A stretch of 61,539 nt of DNA, filler included, from Stramenopiles sp. TOSAG23-3 (taxonomy: Eukaryota): NCBI GenBank assembly GCA_900128585.1. It is 15 parts of 15 records of this genome, joined end to end, with 100 filler letters (N's around TTAATTAATTAA, not from the genome) between each part and the next. Parts side by side here need not be neighbours in the genome. Positions count along the whole stretch, not along the records: positions 41,145 to 45,150 come from LT643996.1; positions 45,251 to 49,253 come from LT643997.1; positions 49,354 to 53,349 come from LT643998.1; positions 53,450 to 57,444 come from LT643999.1; 11 more parts are not named here. One strand, written 5' to 3'. Shown here piece by piece: positions 44,201 through 55,013 of this stretch (position 1 is the first letter of the stretch; the number at the start of each line of letters is the position of its first letter). A model generated the notes under the pieces. The model worked only from the letters and a program-made list of their open reading frames with translations. It was not told the origin of the DNA and did not search any database. Made by a program: the position numbers and the translations under genes.

Positions 44201-45119
44201 GGGGTTTCAGACCGCAAAGAGCGCCCACGAGGAGAACGCGCGTGAGGAGAGCGTCCTCCAGATGCACATGAAGCGCAGGGGACGGGGCCAGGGCCAGGGC
44301 CCCGCGGCGCAACAAGGGGAGAAGAACGACGACATCGCGACCGTGCTGAGCAACCGCATCGACAACTCGCAGATGAAAGCGCTGGACGGTTTTGTCCAGT
44401 TCGTGGACCACCTACGGCCCGACTGCGATACGTTGGCGCCGAACGAAGTACTGCAGGAGATGGTGTTCCGGTGCAAGTTCTTCGCGCACTTGAAGAACCA
44501 GCGGGAGACGGTCCCGGACATGAAGCCGTACTACGAAATAATTTCTGCGATGGAGAACGACGCCAGCCTGTTCGCCACGAGGTGGATCCGTGCGCCCCGG
44601 GAGGACCAGGCCACGGAGCCGGGCGACGGCGACCGACGGCGCCGGGGGAAAGGGGCCATGCTGGAATGGCTGACGACCCTAAAAGACCCGGGGACCCCCC
44701 CGTCGCCGGAAAAGGCCGCCCCCGAAAAGGTGGCCTTGAACGCGGTGACGGTGACCAGCGTCCACCGGGCAAAGGGTTGCGAGTGGCCCGTGGTGATTGT
44801 CGCGCGCATGAACGAGGGGACCTTCCCAATAGACGCGCGGCCACGACGACACCACGCGACCGTGGTGACCATGCTCGAAGGGGGAGACGCCTCCGGGCAC
44901 CGATTGCAGCGCCATGCTGGCGCGAACGAAAGGCTCTGGCAGGAGGAAGACGCGGAGACGATCGAGGAAGAGCGCCGCCTGGCGTACGTCGCGCTCACTC
45001 GCGCATCGAAAGAGCTGGTCCTCACATCGGTGACGCACAACGGGGAAGACTTTGTCGAGATGAGTCGGTTTGTGGAAGAGGCGATGGCGGAAGCACCGAA
45101 GAAGTCGGCGTCAAAGTAG
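41300..45119 (+). CDS. UvrD/PcrA/Srs2-like SF1A DNA helicase; N-terminus probably split by one extra G in the G8 run at 41536-41543
   Basis: Q motif LTTAQ, AGPGAGKT, FTKAA, NFHSF, VDEFQD, CGDANQSIYGFRGA, NHRS, AVLAR, SVHRAKGCEW, EERRLAYVALTRA. The main frame is open from 41529, and deleting one G fuses it to ORF 41300. Confidence 0.9.
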
Positions 45120-45150
45120 GGGCGGGGCGGTAACGTACTTCCAGCAGTTG
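45072..45150. repeat. Right copy of the 79-bp terminal inverted repeat (includes the last 16 helicase codons)
   Basis: Exact reverse complement of 41145-41223. Confidence 0.95.
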
Positions 45151-45472
45151 NNNNNNNNNNNNNNNNNNNNNNNNNNNNNNNNNNNNNNNNNNNNTTAATT
45201 AATTAANNNNNNNNNNNNNNNNNNNNNNNNNNNNNNNNNNNNNNNNNNNNTACTGTGTATTGTGTGTGACATTAGCTTTTTTATATTATACTTATTTTTT
45301 ATAGTGTTTATATTTATTATACCTATCATTTCATAATCTAAAACACCACGCCGCATGTTTCGTTTACTCGTATTTGATAGAACGACTAATAATATAAACG
45401 AACGGTACGCGAACCGGTACCAAGAACGAACCAGAAGAGGAAGATGGAACGTACTTCGAATACTTGATCTTA

Positions 45473-46330
45473 TTACATGTAAACGATTGAGTAAGGGGCT
45501 GGTGGTGTTTCTTTGGTTTCCTGTTGGCTCGTACTAGGGGATGTTTTGTTCACGTTGATTCGCCCATCACCATAGGCTAAATTGGCAAAGAGTTCCATGC
45601 TTTTCACAACAATCAAACGTGGTGAGAACAGGTTTTCTACCAAGGCTATTGCTTTCTGTACAGTTTCGAGCATTCGGTTCCCATTGATGTCCACGAACAC
45701 GATGGACGGCTTCATGTGACCATATTTTCCCAAGATTTTGTCCGGCTGCTCAAAAATATCTACGCAATGGAAATGGACCTTTCCCTTCTTTTCATGGGTC
45801 TTGATGGCTTCGAGGACGTGAGAGTACTTTTTGTCCACACCCAAAGCTTCCGAACACTTCTCCCCTAGAATTTTGGTTGTAGGACCAAAATCGCACCCTA
45901 TCTCAAGCGCAACGTCCTGCAAAAATCCCTGCGCGTGGGCGAGACGGCGGTACCATACCGTTTCGCTTGTGACGATAACGTGGGACGTAGACGAGCCTTT
46001 CTGTTCCGTGTTTCCCCGCAATGTAGTGTCCACTACCCGTATCATATTCTTCGGGCGCACGTTGTACGTAGACTTCGACCCCCCGACGTACCGCACCTGG
46101 ATACGCCCGTAATACTTGTCTTTCCGGTTCGTAGCCAAAGGCCGGCAAACAATTGCCCGTTCGTACGGCTTTGACGCCCCCTGAAACACAAACACCAGCT
46201 CCCCTACCTTGTACGTAGGTATAAAGTCCGAAGGCATGTACAAATAATACGCTCGCTTGCACGCAACAGCGGCTGGCCGACTTCCCGCCTCGGCCGTGTC
46301 ATTGTTCGGCTTTTCCGCAATCGATGCCAT
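45473..46330 (-). CDS. Putative class I SAM-dependent methyltransferase with N-terminal Tudor/SH3-like barrel
   Basis: Motif I-like ALEIGCDFG, LGVD, IVFVD; N-terminal YKVGELVFV..IQVRY pattern. Confidence 0.65.
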   Translation of the reverse strand: MASIAEKPNNDTAEAGSRPAAVACKRAYYLYMPSDFIPTYKVGELVFVFQGASKPYERAIVCRPLATNRKDKYYGRIQVRYVGGSKSTYNVRPKNMIRVVDTTLRGNTEQKGSSTSHVIVTSETVWYRRLAHAQGFLQDVALEIGCDFGPTTKILGEKCSEALGVDKKYSHVLEAIKTHEKKGKVHFHCVDIFEQPDKILGKYGHMKPSIVFVDINGNRMLETVQKAIALVENLFSPRLIVVKSMELFANLAYGDGRINVNKTSPSTSQQETKETPPAPYSIVYM

Positions 46331-46527
46331 GGTACGCAACACGTGCGCGACAATACGACAGAAACGTGGGAGCACAACGTGGTTCGTGGTCTAGATTCAG
46401 CTATGAAAAACATGCTCTCGTAAAAAAAGCATTCTTCTATGAGACGAGCTGTACATTGTCTTGGGGGCGGTGATGGTCCTGTCAGAGATTATACTATAGA
46501 GATTATGATCTCTTCTTCTTTTTTTTT

Positions 46528-46677
46528 NNNNNNNNNNNNNNNNNNNNNNNNNNNNNNNNNNNNNNNNNNNNNNNNNNNNNNNNNNNNNNNNNNNNNNNNN
46601 NNNNNNNNNNNNNNNNNNNNNNNNNNNNNNNNNNNNNNNNNNNNNNNNNNNNNNNNNNNNNNNNNNNNNNNNNNNNN
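46528..46677. other. Scaffold gap (150 N) within a contig
   Basis: N-run without the stop-linker core. Confidence 0.95.
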
Positions 46678-46871
46678 TGATAAATAATAAAAAGAAAAAA
46701 GAGAAGAAAGAAGACGACAAAAACCAGAGAAGAGGAGAGAAAACAATACAGTACACCTCACCGTATTTTTGGTAAAAAAAACAGCAAGGTAACAAACGAC
46801 AAACAGTAGGAAATAAAAAAATATTAGTCAGCGCTTTACTTTTCTTTAAAAAAATACCGAACAAGGAACGG

Positions 46872-48881
46872 TCACAACTGTTTCCCCCCAGACCGATGTA
46901 TTCTTGGCAATTGTTGCGACGACGACTCAAACCCAGAATGGGACGAATTGAATTGAGACGAGGGCTTGTCGTTGCCTGCTGTATGTACACGTCGCTTCCC
47001 GCCCATAACTGCTGCGCCATTCCCCGATAAGACGTTCGAAGACTTTGAAGTACCACCTTGCAGAGTTGGCAATTGCAGCTCCTTCGCAGTGGCGGACACT
47101 CCCATGGAAAAATTGTTGTGTGGGTGAAGGTTGCCGTTCCTGGCTGTGCGACGGTGCGCGTCGAACGCTGCCGGCCGTCTGTTGTTCCCATGCATACGGT
47201 ACCCGCCTCCGCTAAAACCAACGGTGAGCCGGGTGGGTTCGGCATTTATGTCCCGCTTTAGCTTGGACTGCATCAGAGCTCCGCCAACGAATGACCCGCC
47301 AGTCCACATCAGGTCGTGCTCATTGGATGGAGCGACGACTCCCTGATCGGGTCCCCAGACTTTCTTCGATTTTCCCCCGTGAGCGGCCGCGGGCTCCCCG
47401 CTCGCCTCGTTCATAGACGTTATTTTCATCAAGCTGCTAAGGGCGGTTGCGCCTTCCAGCCCCTTGCTCAACGCGAACCCATTGCCATGGTTGGCGCCGT
47501 CGCGCGCGCGAGACGAGGGCTCGCCGTTCCCGCCGCGGGCCGAACCACCAAATGTCTCGTCCGTGATGCTCAAGTAATGGCGCTGCGAACGACCACGCAG
47601 CCGGGGGGGTCTTCCGGCTTTCAGCATATGTACATCTTCGCCCGCCCCTTCGGGTTCCCTTTCCGCCAACCTTTGCTGTAGGTGGGGATTTTGCCTGTAG
47701 TGCACGGCCCATGAGTACCGTACCAGGGCCCGAACTGCAGGCTCCAAAGCGGGGATGATGCTCACCCAGAGCACGTCAAATAAACGGCTCAAGTGCTCGT
47801 CCACGATGGCCTCTTTCGGTTCTATGGGCGGGAACCCCGCCTGCCGTCGCTTCTCAAAATATTCATCCCATTCGTCGTTTTCTTTTTTGGTCAATTCCAC
47901 CTCTGGGCCGAGCATTGCAAACGTCTCTTCCACGGTTCCATGCATCGCAAAAATTTCTTCCTCGTCCTCCGTGCCCTCCGGCAGCTCTACCAAAACATTG
48001 CCGTGCCCAATGACCATTAGCTCCAGCGCGGGGTCGGGCCCTCTTTCTCTCACGTCATCGTAATGCTCGGCAAACGTCACGTCCCCATGCTCCTCTTCGT
48101 TGTACTCCCCGTCCCATTGGATCGCGTCCAGCCGCTGCTGCATTTTCCAATCCTCCTCGTCGCCGCTGCCCCGCGGCTTACGGGCTGCCCATCGGGCGTG
48201 GTAACATTCGGCCGGCGGGGTCAAACGCCCGTCGGCTTTCGCAGGCTTGTACAGCATGGTCTGCAGGCCGTCCATGACCGAGCTTTCATCCTCCTGTTCT
48301 TCCTCCTCCGACTGTGGGAATAAGCCGTTTCCAACCACTCGAAAACGAGGGAACATGGTTGTCCACTCGCTCAACAGCACCGGCCGGTGCACCGCTTGCG
48401 GCCGGTTGTGTGTTTCAAAGTTGTGCCTTCGAATTAAATTATCGTGGTGTTTCTCCGCTTCCGTTTTCTGCACCACCATCTCGGCCTCTCGCTTTTCCTT
48501 TTCCTCGATGTCTGGATCGTACAGACGATCGTAAAATTCCTCTATAAGTTTGGAGATCTGCTTGTCCGACACCTTCTCCTGCATGTCAAAAATGTCGTAC
48601 GCTTCGACCGAGTCCAACGAGCACGGGGTGCAGTCGTGGTGAATCTCCAGCGCCGGATTGGACTTTTCTTGAAACGAAAACTCCTCCTCGCCATCGTCGT
48701 CGTCGTCGTAGGAGTACCACCTCTCGCCATCATTACCACCTGCCCTATTGCCGTTGTACGAAGACGATCTCGACTGGCCGCCGTGGTCGCTACCGTTCCA
48801 ACTGTCGCTGCCTGCGCTACTACCACTGCGAGACGGCACGAACTCGTCCGGAAAGCCGGGGCCCCTACCGTCAAACGACAT
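46872..48881 (-). CDS. FAM149 / DUF3719 family protein (cilia-associated)
   Basis: LIEEFYDRLYD, EWTTMFPRFRVVG, EEIFAMHG.VEE.FA, GFPPIEP and LFDVLW resemble conserved FAM149 blocks. Confidence 0.72.
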   Translation of the reverse strand: MSFDGRGPGFPDEFVPSRSGSSAGSDSWNGSDHGGQSRSSSYNGNRAGGNDGERWYSYDDDDDGEEEFSFQEKSNPALEIHHDCTPCSLDSVEAYDIFDMQEKVSDKQISKLIEEFYDRLYDPDIEEKEKREAEMVVQKTEAEKHHDNLIRRHNFETHNRPQAVHRPVLLSEWTTMFPRFRVVGNGLFPQSEEEEQEDESSVMDGLQTMLYKPAKADGRLTPPAECYHARWAARKPRGSGDEEDWKMQQRLDAIQWDGEYNEEEHGDVTFAEHYDDVRERGPDPALELMVIGHGNVLVELPEGTEDEEEIFAMHGTVEETFAMLGPEVELTKKENDEWDEYFEKRRQAGFPPIEPKEAIVDEHLSRLFDVLWVSIIPALEPAVRALVRYSWAVHYRQNPHLQQRLAEREPEGAGEDVHMLKAGRPPRLRGRSQRHYLSITDETFGGSARGGNGEPSSRARDGANHGNGFALSKGLEGATALSSLMKITSMNEASGEPAAAHGGKSKKVWGPDQGVVAPSNEHDLMWTGGSFVGGALMQSKLKRDINAEPTRLTVGFSGGGYRMHGNNRRPAAFDAHRRTARNGNLHPHNNFSMGVSATAKELQLPTLQGGTSKSSNVLSGNGAAVMGGKRRVHTAGNDKPSSQFNSSHSGFESSSQQLPRIHRSGGKQL

Positions 48882-49354
48882 CGTTCCGCAAAAACATTCA
48901 CACCAATCCAATACAGTATACCTACAATTCAAACTTTACGTTTATTTGTTGTTGCTCTAGTTTCTTCTTCATTCTTTTTTTATCCGTTTGTTAATTTCAT
49001 TTCTTTTTATTTTAAATTATTATATATTATGTACAAGAAGAGAGAGAGAGAAAAGAAAGCTAGCGAAAAGAAAATAATTTTCTGATATTTAGACTACCAC
49101 CAAGGGTAATTATTAGCTAATAATATAAAAAACTATCAAATTAAAAAAAAAAAAAAGATGTTGAAGAATTGAAATTAGAATAATAGAAGAGAAGAAGAAG
49201 AATTGAAATTAGAATAGAAGAAGAAAGAAGAAAGAAGAAAGAAGAAAGAAGAANNNNNNNNNNNNNNNNNNNNNNNNNNNNNNNNNNNNNNNNNNNNTTA
49301 ATTAATTAANNNNNNNNNNNNNNNNNNNNNNNNNNNNNNNNNNNNNNNNNNNNC

Positions 49355-50676
49355 GTGGACGTGGAGCAGCTTACATTGGAGGAGTTAGGATTTTCCAAAA
49401 AAGATTTGGAAGATCCCGTGGTTCTTGCGACTCTTCAAGGTATGAACGTCAAAGGCGTTGCACCGAAGAAAACCTCGCCACGACGGCCAGGAAAAGGCAA
49501 GGCCGAGGCAGGCGACCTCGAGAAGGAAATGGAGAAAAGCAAAGGCTTGGCGCTGCAATACAAAAAAAACGGGGACATCTCAAACGCAAAGAAATACTAC
49601 GGAATTTACAAGGAGTTGAAGGCGCAGTTTGAAGCGAAAGGAAAGGACAGTGTTGAAAAGAAAGTCGTCGAAACAACAAACTTGCTTGGCATAGAGGAAA
49701 TAGACAACGTCCAATTGGACGAAGCCGATTTGAACGATCCCGACCTCCTGGACTCGTTGAAAGAGTTGGGGTGGAAAGAAGAATCCCCGAAGGTTCGGCG
49801 GGAAGAAAAGGTTGAATCGCCACAGAGCAAACTGCTGCGAATGAAAAAGGAAATGGACGCTTACAAGAAAGAGGCCCTCGCTTTCAAGAGAGAAGGAAAC
49901 ATACCAATGGCGAAGAAGTCGTTTCAACAGTTCAAAGATTTAAGGGTTAGAGTGGAGGCCCTGACGCAGGACAAGGCCGACGAGGGCACGGCCGTTACCC
50001 GCCCCCCCCCCCTGCAGCGCACAGAAAAGTCGGTGAAAGCGAAAGGGCACCGTCGGTCCCGGCCCTTCCCCCGTCAGTCGACGATGCCATTGAGAGTGTC
50101 ACCTTGACTGAGGACGATTACAATGACCCAGAGCTATTGAGCCAATTGCAGGACATTGGGTTTGTCGAGAGTCCCGGTGGGGGGGAGAATGGCGGCGAAG
50201 CCCCCCCGCCTCCCAACGCGGTCATGGCTGCGAAGGGTCCCTGCCTCGATTTGAGCTCCAGCGGAACCGCAAGTTTGGACAGTTTCGAAGCGGAGATGGA
50301 AGCCTGCAAGCAGCAGGCCATTGCTTTCAAAAAGGCTGGGAACATCGAAGCCGCCAAAGCAACCTACAAAAAGTTCAAAGAAATGCGGGAACATTTTTCA
50401 ACAATGAAGGACCAGGGCCATTATCGTACATCAGGAACCCCCTCTGCCCCCCCACCATCGTGCAAGGCGGCAACGGCGCCGGCCGCCGCTGCCCCGCAAC
50501 GAAAGCGGGCGCCACCACCGGACCCCCCGGCCGACCTTCAGACGTTGAAAGAGAAAATGAACGAAATGAAGCGCAAAGCAGTCGCGGCTCGGAGGGGCGG
50601 GGACATGAAGAAGGCAAAGGAATACTTTCGGCAGTACAAGCAGCTCAAAGGGAAGGTCGAAGGAATGTCAATGTAA
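49355..50676 (+). CDS. DM14-repeat protein (CC2D1/Lgd-like repeats), 5'-truncated; frameshift in the C11 run at 50002-50012
   Basis: Four repeats of K..A...K+.G+I..AK..Y..(F/Y)K.L+ alternate with L.E.D..DP.LL..L...G acidic motifs; adding one C joins the two ORFs. Confidence 0.78.
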
Positions 50677-50769
50677 GAATTCTCTTTCCAAATTATTTCT
50701 TTATTTTGAATACGTATTAGACGTACAACTTAAATGTTCTTAACTCTAATATTGAAGTCTTAATCTTAA

Positions 50770-51978
50770 TCAATCGTCGCTGGCTCTGGCCGCCCCGACA
50801 GCCACCGCGGTGTCAGGGTCGATGTTTGTCAACGCGGGTTTCCCGTTGAACATTTCCTTTATTTTTCGACGAACGTACGGCACCCGCGTGCTGCCTCCAA
50901 CGAGGACCACGGCGTCAACATCGGCCGGGTCCATGTGGGAATCCTTCAGCAGACGGGAAAGGGGTTCCATGGCCCGTTTCAGGACCGACTCGCACGCATT
51001 TTCAAAATCGTCCCGGGAGACTCTTCGAACGACCCCCCCGCAAGCGACGGAGGTCGCTTCTTCCAAGGAGAGCTCCTCCTTCGCAATTTCTGCTGCCCGC
51101 CGAAGCTCGTAAAACGGGCAGTTCGTTTTCTCCTCGTCCGTCCCCCTAAAGTGGGCGGCCAAACTCTCCGCAAAGCATATGTCCAGGTCTGCGCCCCCGA
51201 AAAACCGGTTCCCGTCCGTCGCCAAAAGCTGCAAATTGCTGTTCTGTACCCACAGCAGTGCAATGTCCAACGTCCCGCCGCCCCAATCGTACACGATTAC
51301 GTTGTTCATAGTCGCGTCGTTTTCAAGACCGTAGGCAATCGCCGCAGCGGTCGGCTCATCCAGCACCCTGATCACTTTCAAACCCGCATTTTCAAATATT
51401 TTGGCCGTCAGCGCCTTCTGTTCCGTGGTGAACTCCGCCGGGGTAGCAATAACGACCTGGTTTACGGTGCTGCTGTATCCCAGGTGGTCCACAAGCCTGC
51501 GGTACAACTCCAGCACCACTTCTTTCCCGACGTCGAGCGGGGTGTACATGTTGACTTTGTGAGCAGAGGACGGGACGATGAACCCAACGTCCCGCCCGCT
51601 GTTAAGGCTCGTTACGCGGAATGGGAACCGCTTAAGGGCATCATCGGACATGTACTGGTCGTACGTTAGCCCCAAAAACTGTTTCGCTTCAAAAATGGTT
51701 TGCCTTGGCCGCTCCTTCAGCAGCCCTGGGTTCCCCACAACGCGAGTGCCGTTCGGCAGAAACGTAACGATCGAGGGTACCGACTTCAACACTTTTACTG
51801 AAAAGTTGGTTGGGTCCATGTAGGCCACCAAGGAATGGGTGGTCCCTAGATCGACACCGATTGTATGCACCCGGGGAGGAAACAGGTGGTACCCAAAGTA
51901 GTTTTTGAAGAGAATCGGAAAAATAGCAAAAAACGCGACAAACGCGGCCAGCTGCGCACCCGCATCGCTGTCTCCCAT
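50770..51978 (-). CDS. Hsp70-family ATPase-domain-only protein with N-terminal signal/TM (HSPA13/STCH-like)
   Basis: IGVDLGTT, EPTAAAIAYG, DWGGGTLD, VLVGGSTRVP, DPDTAVAVGAA then stop; no substrate-binding domain. Confidence 0.85.
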   Translation of the reverse strand: MGDSDAGAQLAAFVAFFAIFPILFKNYFGYHLFPPRVHTIGVDLGTTHSLVAYMDPTNFSVKVLKSVPSIVTFLPNGTRVVGNPGLLKERPRQTIFEAKQFLGLTYDQYMSDDALKRFPFRVTSLNSGRDVGFIVPSSAHKVNMYTPLDVGKEVVLELYRRLVDHLGYSSTVNQVVIATPAEFTTEQKALTAKIFENAGLKVIRVLDEPTAAAIAYGLENDATMNNVIVYDWGGGTLDIALLWVQNSNLQLLATDGNRFFGGADLDICFAESLAAHFRGTDEEKTNCPFYELRRAAEIAKEELSLEEATSVACGGVVRRVSRDDFENACESVLKRAMEPLSRLLKDSHMDPADVDAVVLVGGSTRVPYVRRKIKEMFNGKPALTNIDPDTAVAVGAARASDD

Positions 51979-52927
51979 TTTCGAGGCGGTGCTGTGTGCG
52001 CGCACAAACGGATGGTGAACCCTTTCTTCGTATATCGTGCAACACGAGAAATTGAACGGTGGGATTCCTCGTTTATCTTACGTTAAAACACCAGATGATT
52101 TTATCAGAAAGAAAAGCTTCTAATCGCATACATCGTGTAGTGGATAATACATTCATAATATTTGTAATCATATATATATATTATAGACGACTACTATATA
52201 AAAAAGCGACAAAAATATTTTATTGCCGACGAAGGAAGAAAAAGGAAGAAGAGAAGAAGGGAGGGACGGACGGACGAAGAAGAAGAAGAGAATTCTAAAA
52301 AAAAATAATAATATTAATAATCCCGAAACAAACAAACAACAAACAACACGCAACACGAAGAAAGAAGAAAGAGAAGAAGAAAGAAAGAAGAGAAAAGAAG
52401 AGAAGAAGCAATACTAATAATTAAATTATACATTAATAAATAATAAATGAATCCCCAATCAATCACATCTGTCATCGTCATCTGGTGAGATGTGAGAAGA
52501 TTTGAGATTTGAGATTGAGAAGAAGAATCATTTGACATTTACCTTCTATTATAATCATACTAGTAGGACTATTTTTTACGAGGACTATTCGTATTTTTCT
52601 CCCATCAAACGATAGTACCATAGCACTCACACAGCATTGTATTTGCAAGGGGGAGAGGGTTAGACTCTTGAAAGAAGACAACACAACACACCACAGGTTT
52701 TTTTTTACTTTTTTACTTTTTATTATTATTTTTTACGAAAAAAATGTTTTTATTAATACACAATATATATCTAACAGATTATTTCAAAATTTTAAGATTA
52801 CACGAAGAAATGCACTACTCTGTATGTTGTGGGGTTTACCCCTTTTTCTCGGATGAAAGTTTCCCCATACCAAATTGATTAAGTTAAGAAACTCTCTTAT
52901 TTCAGCACTGATAAATACAATACAAAA

Positions 52928-53349
52928 ATGTTCGTCTCGAAAACAAAACTTTTAATACGCAGGTATCTGTTGGTTGTTGCGGTTCTTTACTGCGCCGGAC
53001 GTGCTGACGCAGCTGGCGAGACGATCACCGGAGCTTTAACTGTTGAAGGAAGTACGACCCTTCAGATCGATGCTGTCCCGACAACGCTGCATGGATACTC
53101 CGCACTGAGAGTAAATGGTCACACCCAGCTTACACAGGACACGTTCACTATCAAATTTTCCGTCTGTCCCGAAGATTACTTCTGGGCCGATGATCGCTGT
53201 AATGCTTGTCCTACAGGTCAAAGTACTCGTGGTCAATTTGGACAAAGAGGTCGATCTTCATGTAGTTGAATTTACTGGCACAGTTGATATTCCAGCCAGT
53301 GGCTTAAAAATAGCCGGCACTGATGTCACAGCCAGTGCCGCGGAGTTGA
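52928..53349 (+). CDS. Secreted/surface protein fragment with Cys-rich (CxxCPxG) repeat; frame break near 53264; 3'-truncated
   Basis: Signal peptide, CNACPTGQST..C; the +1 frame continues VEFTGTVDIPASGLKIAGTDVTASAAEL to the linker. Confidence 0.55.
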
Positions 53350-53449
53350 NNNNNNNNNNNNNNNNNNNNNNNNNNNNNNNNNNNNNNNNNNNNTTAATTA
53401 ATTAANNNNNNNNNNNNNNNNNNNNNNNNNNNNNNNNNNNNNNNNNNNN

Positions 53450-54301
53450 CATGGCGATCACGTCAGAGAACCGTCCTGCTTCCCACGTAGATTTGCTTGG
53501 CCACCCATGGTAATAGAAACTACCGAATGCGAGGTTTGCTGCTGCTTGCTGCATGTGCTCGTCCCCTTTGCTCGTTTTGGTCGCACGAACGTTGTCGACG
53601 TCGGCAACCTGGTAAAAGGCAGCATTACTGAGGGTGTTGCAGGGCTCAAAAATCAACGGGTTGCCTGGGATGTATTTGATCGGGTCCACCATCATGCCTG
53701 GCATGTTCTTCAAATAATCCTCGTTCGTGGAAATGTACTGTGCCCACTTGTTGTTCACGCATTTGTTCGCTTTAGTTTTGCACTCCGTATCGATCCGTTT
53801 GCGGTAAGCGTCGGTTTTCTGCTCGGCGGTTACGTCAATGCCAGGCGTGTGGGCAAACTCATTGCAATTGTACATGAACGTTACACTGGCGAAAGCTTTT
53901 CTTTGCTGCTCCTGTACCTTTGGGCTCAAGAATTCAAAACCCTCCGCGGCTTCTCGTTTTTCTCGGACGTCGTATCCAAGATACTCCCACTCTTCCGCGT
54001 CCTCGACCATCTTTTCCTGGTACCACTCTATGGACGGACGGGAACCTTCGACCAGGTACTCTTGAAAGTCAGCCTTCTCTTCGTCCGTGGCCTTTCCCGT
54101 AGTCATTTTATAGCCCACCTTGGCGTGCGTGACAAATTCAGAGACGCCAGCTTTCGTTGAGCTTGCCCAGTTGCTCATCGATGTTATTGGGTTCCATTTC
54201 TTCGCAGCGGTGTTCTTGGAAAGCGAGTTCTTTTCGCTAGCGTCGGAGCCCACAAACAGGCATACCGTTCCCACCGCAACAATCGTACTCGTAAACTTCA
54301 T
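53450..54301 (-). CDS. Signal-peptide protein with possible ceramidase/CREST-like motifs, 3'-truncated
   Basis: MKFTSTIVAV signal; EPCNTLSNAAF and GSFYYH...SD..M resemble alkaline-ceramidase motifs. Confidence 0.55.
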
Positions 54302-55013
54302 TTTGTACTTTAATTCTAACAATAGTGGCGTGAAGTTCAAACGGCAACACAATTTAGAAGAATCCTGCCGAGTGGTTGCCAGCGCCGTTTATCAATTCTT
54401 GCCCTCGGCACCATTACCTCTCTACACATTTTTTCCTCCTCCATGTTGTTTTTTTTAATTATTATTATCGGACTTTTTTCTTCTTCTTTCTTCTTTTTCG
54501 TTCTTTTTTTCTCCGTTGAACTCTTCTTGTGCTTCCGTCCTAATGCTGTGTTTATAGTAAAAATTTAAAATCTTAAAAATCCGGAAATCTGTAGGAGGAC
54601 GAAGAATTTGGTATTCTATTAACAGGTGGATAGTAGGTACGTTGGTAGTCAAAAAGAACGAAGTTAACAGAATAACATAAGGATAGCATGGAGTTGATAA
54701 AATCCTCGAACAAAACAGAAAAACGAATAAGGAATACATTTTATGCTTCTGCTGTGTATATGTTAAATTTTATACATCTATTGTTATTTTTATACAAGTA
54801 CATAATAGATAGGAGAATGTTTCCCCCCTTTTTATTAATGAAAAAAGAAAAGCAAAAATGGACAAATGCTTCCTTCATTTCTGTTGATTATTTGATAGAA
54901 AAGAAGATTACAAAAAACAACTACGATTCATTTCTTCTCACTCCTCTTTCTCCGATCTCGTTTTTTGTTGTTGTTCGAAGAACAAAGTTGTTTGTGCTTT
55001 CTGACCTGTTCTA

